In this document: positions 28,675 through 35,514 of the stretch, piece by piece | Numbering within the stretch: position 1 is the first letter of the stretch | How the letters are laid out: every line of letters starts with the position of its first letter | NCBI GenBank assembly: GCA_964022095.1 | Contig: CAXHZO010000021.1 | Coordinates: forward strand, 1-39,064 | Length of the DNA: 39,064 nt | Direction of reading: 5' to 3' | DNA from: an uncultured Arcobacteraceae bacterium | Lineage (GTDB): Bacteria; Campylobacterota; Campylobacteria; Campylobacterales; Arcobacteraceae | Notes under the pieces: generated by a model | Told to the model about the DNA's origin: nothing | Database searches by the model: none | The model's input: only the letters and a program-made list of their open reading frames with translations | Program-made: the position numbers and the translations under genes

Positions 28675-30045
28675 ATCACTAATATAATACTATGCGGAGG
28701 AAGTGGTATAAGACTATGGCCAATAAGTAGAACACTTATACCAAAACAATTTGTAAAATTGTTCAATGAAAAATCTTTATTCCAACTAACTGTTCAAAGA
28801 AACTCAAGTGTTTGTGATAGTCAATTTATTGTTTCAAATGCTGAACAATACTTCTTAGCTCTTGATCAACTTGAAGAGCTTAATAAAACTAATAATAAAT
28901 ACCTTTTAGAACCAGTAGGAAGAAATACTGCTCCTGCTATTGCCTTAGCTTGTATGCAATTAGATTATGATGAAATAGTTCTTGTTACTCCTAGTGATCA
29001 CTTAATTAAAAATGAAACACAGTATGCAAAGGTTTTAGAAAAAGCTAAAGATATGGCAAATGATAATAATCTTGTAACATTTGGTATTACTCCTACATTT
29101 GCTGAAACTGGATTTGGTTATATTGAAACTGTAAATACATATGATGTAAAAGCTTTCCATGAAAAACCTGATTTGCAAACTGCTACTTCATATTTAGAAG
29201 CTGGAAATTACTATTGGAACTCTGGTATGTTTATGTTTAAAGCAGGAGTATTTTTAGATGAACTAAAAAAACACTCTCCTGAAATATTTGATACATCAAA
29301 ATTAGCTTTAGAAAACTCTTCAAAAGATGATATTACTAGAATCAAACATGATGATATGATGAGTATTCCTGAAGATAGTATTGATTATGCTGTAATGGAA
29401 AAATCAAATATAGTAAAAGTAGTACCTAGTGATATAGCATGGAGTGATGTTGGAAGCTTTGATGCACTATATGAAGAGTTACCACAAGATAAAAATGGTA
29501 ATACAGTAAATCCTAATCATGTATCAATAGATAGTAAGAATAATCTTATTTATGGAAATCAAAGAAAAATTGCAACTGTAGATGTAGAAGATATGATAAT
29601 AGTAGATACAGGAGATGCACTATTAATATCTAAAAAAGGAAGTTCACAAAAAGTTAAAAAAGTAGTAGCAGAAGTTAGAAAGAATTCTGAACTACATAAT
29701 ATACACTTAACTGGACATAGACCTTGGGGAACATATACAGTGCTTGAAGACTCTGTAGGATATAAGATAAAAAGAATAGAAGTAAAACCAGGGAAGAGAC
29801 TGAGTTTACAAAAGCATTATCATAGAAATGAACACTGGATAGTAGTAAGCGGAACTGCAACAGTAACAGTAGGTGATAAAAAACAGTATATAAGACCAAA
29901 TGAATCAACATATATAAAAATGGGAGAGCTTCATAGGTTAGAGAATGAAGGAAAAATTCCAGTTGTTTTAATAGAAGCTCAAGTTGGTGAGTATACTGGT
30001 GAGGATGACATTGTTAGGGTTAGCGATGATTTTAAGAGGAGTTAA
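28675..30045 (+). CDS. manC: Mannose-1-phosphate guanylyltransferase/mannose-6-phosphate isomerase; homology extends to an ATC codon at 28675
   Basis: The frame upstream of the TTG at 28759 reads ITNIILCGGSGIRLWPISRTLIPKQF. Downstream motifs: LLEPVGRNTAPA, PSDH, WNSGMF, SIDYAVME, WSDVGS, cupin RPWG..LSLQKHYHRNEHW. RBS AAGGAG at 28662-28667. Confidence 0.92.
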   Translation: MTNIILCGGSGIRLWPISRTLIPKQFVKLFNEKSLFQLTVQRNSSVCDSQFIVSNAEQYFLALDQLEELNKTNNKYLLEPVGRNTAPAIALACMQLDYDEIVLVTPSDHLIKNETQYAKVLEKAKDMANDNNLVTFGITPTFAETGFGYIETVNTYDVKAFHEKPDLQTATSYLEAGNYYWNSGMFMFKAGVFLDELKKHSPEIFDTSKLALENSSKDDITRIKHDDMMSIPEDSIDYAVMEKSNIVKVVPSDIAWSDVGSFDALYEELPQDKNGNTVNPNHVSIDSKNNLIYGNQRKIATVDVEDMIIVDTGDALLISKKGSSQKVKKVVAEVRKNSELHNIHLTGHRPWGTYTVLEDSVGYKIKRIEVKPGKRLSLQKHYHRNEHWIVVSGTATVTVGDKKQYIRPNESTYIKMGELHRLENEGKIPVVLIEAQVGEYTGEDDIVRVSDDFKRS

Positions 30046-30302
30046 TCTTTTTTGATTAACCCTTTTTGCTCCAAGGCTTCGCAAAAATTTTGAATATCTA
30101 CTTCTAACTGTTCTTTTGGTACTTCGTACTTAGTAGATAACTCTTCTATAAGTTTATCTTTTGGTGTATTTTTTGAGATGTGTTCCCAGATATCTTTTCC
30201 TACTTCATTTATAGAAAAATACTCTTGTGTATTTGTATCTAAAATGATCACTTCATCATCTACCTCTTGGATAAATACTGTACTTGGTATTGTGTAATTC
30301 AT
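30042..30302 (-). CDS. PqqD-family RiPP recognition element (lasso B1-like peptide chaperone)
   Basis: 86 aa with the RRE pattern EVDDEVIILD....YFSINEVGKDIW....LIEELSTKYEV..EQLEVDIQNFCEALEQKGLI. ATGA overlap with the kinase stop. Confidence 0.9.
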   Translation of the reverse strand: MNYTIPSTVFIQEVDDEVIILDTNTQEYFSINEVGKDIWEHISKNTPKDKLIEELSTKYEVPKEQLEVDIQNFCEALEQKGLIKKD

Positions 30303-31159
30303 TTTGTTTCCTTTTGATGTGATATTATTGATTTGTATACTTCTTCTAATCTATTTTTATCCCATGGAATAATTATATTATATACTTTTAGTTTGTTTGC
30401 TATTGTTGATAGTTTATCAAATCTTGACTGAGTATTTACTCTTAGGTCTATATCTGTAGCATATCTTAGGGCAGTAAATTTTTCTATACCTTTGATTTCT
30501 GATATGTTTATTTCACTATTTTGAGGTGATTTTATTAGATTATAAATACTGTTTATTTCACTTGTTCTTTCTTGGAAATTTTGCGTATAAAGACCTAGAT
30601 CTTCTACTTTTCTGTATGGTCTATGATATGGATATGAAGGTACAGCTATGACTTTGTCTTCATCTAAGTATGTAGCTACTTTATCATCTGATATCATAGT
30701 ATGATTTTTTTTGATAAAAAAATCTGTGAGTGTGGATTTTCCACCAAAAGAGTTTGCTATAAATAACACTGCTTTATCTTCTATATTAACAGCTCCACCA
30801 TGTATATAATAGTACTTGTTTTCAATAGTTAATAAAATAGGTAAAAAAGTATGAGTAAGCCAATAGTTCACTAACTCATGAGTACCATTTTTATGTAGTT
30901 TATAATATATAATATCACTTGAAATATTTGCCCAAAATGTAACTACATCTTGTACATCAAAAAATATTTTTTGATTTTTTTGAAGATTATCAAAAGATTT
31001 ATCACTAGTGATTGAGACTTTTCTGTATTGGTTGTTGTTTAGATAAAGTATCTGTGTAGTATCAAAATCAAAAGAATCATCTCTTTTGATTTGATATGTG
31101 TTTTTTTTAGCTTTTTTTAGCTCATCTGTATAGACTAAATTATAGCCGTAGGCGTACAT
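30299..31159 (-). CDS. HPr-kinase-like P-loop kinase (lasso peptide kinase-like)
   Basis: IHGGAV....AVLFIANSFGGKSTL.......MISDD gives the His, Walker A and DD pattern of the HPrK catalytic domain. Start directly abuts the peptide stop (TAGATG). Confidence 0.82.
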   Translation of the reverse strand: MYAYGYNLVYTDELKKAKKNTYQIKRDDSFDFDTTQILYLNNNQYRKVSITSDKSFDNLQKNQKIFFDVQDVVTFWANISSDIIYYKLHKNGTHELVNYWLTHTFLPILLTIENKYYYIHGGAVNIEDKAVLFIANSFGGKSTLTDFFIKKNHTMISDDKVATYLDEDKVIAVPSYPYHRPYRKVEDLGLYTQNFQERTSEINSIYNLIKSPQNSEINISEIKGIEKFTALRYATDIDLRVNTQSRFDKLSTIANKLKVYNIIIPWDKNRLEEVYKSIISHQKETK

Positions 31160-31369
31160 CTATTTTCCGAAAAGATTATATGCATCGCCTCTATCGTTAC
31201 CTGTGTTAGGATTTGTAGTACCATCGTTTGGTGTTTCAGATCCACCACCTACAAAACTTCCAGCAGCTGCTTTTGAAGGATTTGTAATTTGTCCTAATGC
31301 AATAACAGTTGGAACTGTATATGCAGCCTTTTTAAGAAATTCTCTTCTTGATTGTGTTTTTTTATCCAT
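31160..31369 (-). CDS. 69-aa putative RiPP-like precursor with twin-arginine signal and lasso-type leader motif
   Basis: RBS GGAG (31377-31380) and TATAAT (31399-31404) upstream. SRREFLK, YTVPTVIALG, SKAAA then a Gly/Ser/Thr/Asn/Asp-rich tail. First gene of the kinase-RRE operon. Confidence 0.8.
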   Translation of the reverse strand: MDKKTQSRREFLKKAAYTVPTVIALGQITNPSKAAAGSFVGGGSETPNDGTTNPNTGNDRGDAYNLFGK

Positions 31370-31471
31370 GTGTTCGCTCCATAAATTTGTATTATTGTAT
31401 TATAACTTAATTTATTACAATTTTACCTTAGAAAGAGTTTAAAAATTATACAAAAGATTATTTTCATTATT

Positions 31472-31495
31472 TTGTAATCAAATTGTAATTTTTAT
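31472..31495. promoter_or_regulatory. Candidate regulator site (TTGTAA direct repeat, 11-bp period), copy 2
   Basis: ttgtaatcaaattgtaatttttat, 22/24 identical to 5459-5482. Confidence 0.5.
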
Positions 31496-31564
31496 GCATA
31501 TTATATTTGATGTTTTATAACATACTATGTTATTATAAGCAATTATATTTAAAAAAGGGAGCAG

Positions 31565-32371
31565 ATGCGAAAGATAGTATTAAACACTTTTTTATTATTT
31601 AGTATATTTTTACTAAGTGGGTGTTCATTAAAAGACTACAAGCTTTTCCAAGCAGAAAAAGTTGAGGAAGAAAAAGCTACTGTGATTACAGATACACAGT
31701 ACTTAAAAGATGTAAAGTTTGAATACAAGGTTCAAGCAAATGATAGATTATCTATCACTGTTTATGTACAGTCAGGAAAAGGTTCTCAACAGATGTCTTC
31801 AATGCTAACTACAAGATCAGACAGTAGTATCACAAACTCTGATGATGAAATTGGTATTTTAGTAACACAACAAGGAACGGTAAGACTACCACTTCTTGGA
31901 AGTGTGGAAGTTGTTGGATTAACAGAAGATGAAGTTTCTGAGAAACTAATATCACTATACAAAAAATATATAAGAAATCCTTATGTAATAACAGAAATCA
32001 AAAATCAAAGAGTTACTGTGATTGGTGAAGTTAAAAAGCCAGGTGTAGTAACAGTTACAAATGGAACATTGAACCTAATAGAAGCTATAGCTCAAAGTGG
32101 AGACTTAACAGACTTGGCTGAGAGAAATAATATCAAAATCATTAGAGGGGATCTGCGAAATCCTGATGTAAGAACTATAGATATCACTGATGTAACTGCA
32201 TTAAATGAATCTAGTTTACATTTAAGACCTAATGATATTATATATGTACAACCAAGAGCACTTAAAGGTATAAATAAAGCCTTTGATGAAATCAGTCCAT
32301 TTTGGAATATGTTAACAAGTATTCTTAATCCATTCGAAAAAAGAGTTAATATCTTAAATGGTGGCGACTAA
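31565..32371 (+). CDS. wza: Polysaccharide export outer-membrane lipoprotein (short OPX)
   Basis: Lipobox LLSGC, Poly_export motif Y.VQ.ND.LSI..G.VRLPLLG.V.V.GLT, SLBB VTVIGEVKKPG..NLIEAIAQSGDL, LRPNDIIYV. Confidence 0.9.
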   Translation: MRKIVLNTFLLFSIFLLSGCSLKDYKLFQAEKVEEEKATVITDTQYLKDVKFEYKVQANDRLSITVYVQSGKGSQQMSSMLTTRSDSSITNSDDEIGILVTQQGTVRLPLLGSVEVVGLTEDEVSEKLISLYKKYIRNPYVITEIKNQRVTVIGEVKKPGVVTVTNGTLNLIEAIAQSGDLTDLAERNNIKIIRGDLRNPDVRTIDITDVTALNESSLHLRPNDIIYVQPRALKGINKAFDEISPFWNMLTSILNPFEKRVNILNGGD

Positions 32372-34716
32372 TGGACACAAACAAAATACACAATGATGAA
32401 ATAGATTTAAAGGATTTATTTAAAACTGTTTTAAAATATAAATATATTATCGCACTTTTTGCGATAATATTTGCTTTTGGGTTTGCGTATTATGCATATA
32501 CAAAACCAAGTATCTACTCTTCTTATGCAACAATAGAGCTACAAGAAGAATCAAATGGATGGAACTCTGATGATGCCTTAAAAAAAGCATTTAGTGGTGG
32601 TAGTGTAAATGTAGAAAATCAAATAGAGATTTTTAAATCAAAATCTCTTCAAACAAAAGCTACAAAATTTTTAAATCTTGGGACTAGATACTTTACAGTA
32701 AAAAATCATAGAACTCATGAGTTTTATTTAAACTCACCTTTTGTAGTAGTAGATAAAATAATAGAAAATCCAATTTATGGGAAAAAATTTTTCTTGACTC
32801 CTATCGATGCAGATTCTTTTAGATTAGAAATAAGACCTATTTCTAAATACTCTAAAAGAGGTTTATTTGCTATGACAGGAATAAAGCCATATAATAAAGA
32901 AGAACTTATTACATATAATGAGGTTCATAAATATGGTGAAGATATATCAAATGAGTGGTTCAGTTTAAATATCAAAAAATTAACAACACTAGAAAATGAA
33001 GAGTATAGTTTCTCTTTTGTACATCCAGCTGCTCAATCTAATGTTTATTTTAATGGTCTTTCTGTAGGCCAAGTTTCAGAACTAGCATCTATAGTTAGAG
33101 TTTCTATTTTAGATAGTGTTTCTTTAAGAGCTAAAGATTTATTAAATAGTTTATTTAAAGCTTACTTAGAACAAGAAGTACAAAGAAAAAGTGAAGTTGC
33201 AAACTTATCTTTGGCTTTTATAGATGCTCAATTAGATGAGATTAATAAAAGACTAAAAAAATCTGAAACAAGTTTAGAAACATATAAAGAGACAAATGAT
33301 GTAATAAGCTTATCTGATAAAGCAAATACAATTTCTGAAAAACTAGTAGAATATGAATCAAAGCTTCAAGAACTAGGAATAGAAGAAAATATATTAAGTA
33401 ATTTATATCAATTTATTAGTAAAAACCAAAACTTATCTGGTCTTACAGTTGGTTCAGTAAATTTTGCAGATCCTGCACTTGCAAATCTGATAAAAAATCT
33501 TCATGAAATGGCAACTCAAAAAGAATCTCTTCTTATTGACTATACTGAGTTACATCCTGATGTTGAAAAACTAACTAAAACTATTGCATCTCTTAGACGA
33601 CAGATTATTGCTTCTTTAAAAAGTAATTTAAATCAAATTAATCAAAGAAAAAAATCTTTAAATAACTTAGTATACAAATATAAAAAATCTATAGAGACTC
33701 TTCCTAAACAAGAAAGAGAATTAACTAGACTTTCGAGACACTTTAATGTTAATGAAAAAGTATACTCATTTTTACTAGAAAAAAGAGCTGAAACGGCTAT
33801 TTTAAAATCTTCTACTATTTCAAATGCTAGAATCTTAGATGAAGCAATAAACTTCAGCCAAGCTGTTAAACCAAAAAGAGTTTTAATAGTACTTGTAGGA
33901 ATAATCTTAGGTGTGATATTTGGACTTGCATATGCATTTTTAAGAGAGTTTTTCAATAATACAATTAAAAATACAGATGAAATAGAAAAATATAGTGAAA
34001 TACCAATTTATGGAGTTGTGCCTTTTAATAAAAATAAAAAAACTGATAATATATTTGATGAGGCCTTTAGGTCTATTAGAACAAATCTTCAGTTCTTACC
34101 ACAAAATGAATCAAGTAGAATTATAAGTATTACATCATCTGTTTCTGGTGAAGGTAAAACAACTATTGCTGCTAAGCTTTCTAAGATTATTAGTCAAACA
34201 AATAAGAAAGTGATTATTTTAGATTTAGACTTAAGAAAAGCAAGTATCCATAAAGAGTTTGATATACCAAACAATATAGGTATTAGTAACTTTTTAACTG
34301 GTCAAAATAAGCTAGAAGAAGTTATCAAAAAAACTGAAAATAGCTTAGTAAATGTTATAACTACTGGTCCTTTACCTCCTAATCCTTCTGAGTTAATATT
34401 AACTGATGAGCTTAAGAATATGTTAGAAGAGTTGAAAAAAGTTTATGATTATATTATCATTGATACTCCTCCTGTAGGATTAGTAACTGATGCACTTATA
34501 TTAATGAACTTCTCTGATATTACATTTACTGTTGTTAGAGCTAACTATACAAGAAAAGAGTTTATTAAAAACCTTGATAGACTTGCAAAAGAGCACTCTC
34601 ACAATCATATTGGAATGATTTTAAATGGTGTTGAGATTGGTGATAAATATGGTTATGGTTATGGTGTAAGCTATGGCTATGGTTATGGAAATGGCAAATA
34701 CTACAAAAACAGATAA
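32371..34716 (+). CDS. wzc: Polysaccharide co-polymerase / BY-kinase
   Basis: DEIDLKDL, two TMs, YTELHPDV, EAFRSIRTNL, Walker A SGEGKTT, DLDLRK, IIDTPP, C-terminal tyrosine cluster YGYGYGVSYGYGYGNGKYY. Confidence 0.95.
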   Translation: MDTNKIHNDEIDLKDLFKTVLKYKYIIALFAIIFAFGFAYYAYTKPSIYSSYATIELQEESNGWNSDDALKKAFSGGSVNVENQIEIFKSKSLQTKATKFLNLGTRYFTVKNHRTHEFYLNSPFVVVDKIIENPIYGKKFFLTPIDADSFRLEIRPISKYSKRGLFAMTGIKPYNKEELITYNEVHKYGEDISNEWFSLNIKKLTTLENEEYSFSFVHPAAQSNVYFNGLSVGQVSELASIVRVSILDSVSLRAKDLLNSLFKAYLEQEVQRKSEVANLSLAFIDAQLDEINKRLKKSETSLETYKETNDVISLSDKANTISEKLVEYESKLQELGIEENILSNLYQFISKNQNLSGLTVGSVNFADPALANLIKNLHEMATQKESLLIDYTELHPDVEKLTKTIASLRRQIIASLKSNLNQINQRKKSLNNLVYKYKKSIETLPKQERELTRLSRHFNVNEKVYSFLLEKRAETAILKSSTISNARILDEAINFSQAVKPKRVLIVLVGIILGVIFGLAYAFLREFFNNTIKNTDEIEKYSEIPIYGVVPFNKNKKTDNIFDEAFRSIRTNLQFLPQNESSRIISITSSVSGEGKTTIAAKLSKIISQTNKKVIILDLDLRKASIHKEFDIPNNIGISNFLTGQNKLEEVIKKTENSLVNVITTGPLPPNPSELILTDELKNMLEELKKVYDYIIIDTPPVGLVTDALILMNFSDITFTVVRANYTRKEFIKNLDRLAKEHSHNHIGMILNGVEIGDKYGYGYGVSYGYGYGNGKYYKNR

Positions 34717-34727
34717 TACACTAAGAA

Positions 34728-35474
34728 TCAAATAAGATTATTTCTTATTTGATTCTTCTTAAATACTTCTTCTAATCCTGTGTTGTTTATATAACTTTCT
34801 AAAGAATTAAAATATTTCATTGAGTGAATATCACTACCTACAAAATCTATCAAAGAGTTATCTACTAAAAACTGTGCTGCGCCCTTTGGTTTTTTACCAT
34901 AAAACTGATTTAAAGAGTTTAGATTTAACTGAAATAATAAGCCCTGCTCTTTTAGATTATGATATTTTTCATAGCTTGATGAGTAATAAGTATATCTTTC
35001 AGGATGAGCTAAAATAGGTTTATATCCACTATTTAAAAGTTCAAATACCACTTGCTCTAATCCAAATGGATTTGAAGTATATGAAAGTTCAAATAATACA
35101 TAGTTATCCCCAAAAGTCATTAGATCTTTATTTTTTATTAGATTTATAAAATGTTCATCAAAATAATACTCAGCGGCTGCTTGTATTTCTATTGATATAT
35201 TTTGTTTATGAAGTTCATTTTGAACTTCTTCTAATCCTTTGAGAATAATATCTTTTGTATTTGGATATCTATGGCTCATAATATGTGGAGTAGTAATTAG
35301 TTTTTCATATCCTAGTTTTTTTAGATTTGATATGATTGAGATACTCTCTTCTAGTGTTTTTACACCATCATCTATTCCTGGGATTAGATGAGAGTGTAAA
35401 TCAGTTGTGTAGTAATATTTTAATGAATTTAGTTCTTGTTTCTTTTTAAAACTATTGATTAATTTTTTTAACAA
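34728..35474 (-). CDS. PHP-family tyrosine phosphatase (CpsB/CapC/YwqE type)
   Basis: DLHSHLIPGIDDG, ITTPH, AAEY, ILAHPERY, GSDIH. TTG start with AGGAGG at 35480-35485. Confidence 0.92.
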   Translation of the reverse strand: MLKKLINSFKKKQELNSLKYYYTTDLHSHLIPGIDDGVKTLEESISIISNLKKLGYEKLITTPHIMSHRYPNTKDIILKGLEEVQNELHKQNISIEIQAAAEYYFDEHFINLIKNKDLMTFGDNYVLFELSYTSNPFGLEQVVFELLNSGYKPILAHPERYTYYSSSYEKYHNLKEQGLLFQLNLNSLNQFYGKKPKGAAQFLVDNSLIDFVGSDIHSMKYFNSLESYINNTGLEEVFKKNQIRNNLI

Positions 35475-35486
35475 TTAAACCTCCTA

Positions 35487-35514
35487 TATACAAGGAAATT
35501 TATTCCTTGATATA
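35487..35514 (-). other. Intergenic hairpin between the adhesin stop and the phosphatase RBS
   Basis: caaggaa (35491-35497) pairs with ttccttg (35503-35509), extendable by tata/tata. No following U-tract on the minus strand. Confidence 0.45.

Noticed and set aside
30042-30302. PQQ biosynthesis gene pqqD
   Set aside because: No pqqA/B/C/E or radical SAM gene nearby. The context fits a generic RRE.
30299-31159. True HPr kinase/phosphorylase of carbon catabolite control
   Set aside because: Only the P-loop core motifs match. It is coupled to a peptide and an RRE, with no PTS genes nearby.
27351-31369. Complete canonical lasso peptide gene cluster
   Set aside because: No cyclase or B2 peptidase in the window, and the leader lacks Thr at -2 of the plausible core. 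Reported as a lasso-like module instead.
31203-31442. 79-aa plus-strand ORF
   Set aside because: Antisense shadow of the peptide gene, which has an RBS, a -10 box, operon coupling and meaningful motifs.
34648-34690. tatggt-type short tandem repeats as a VNTR or CRISPR-like array
   Set aside because: They encode the YG tyrosine cluster of Wzc.
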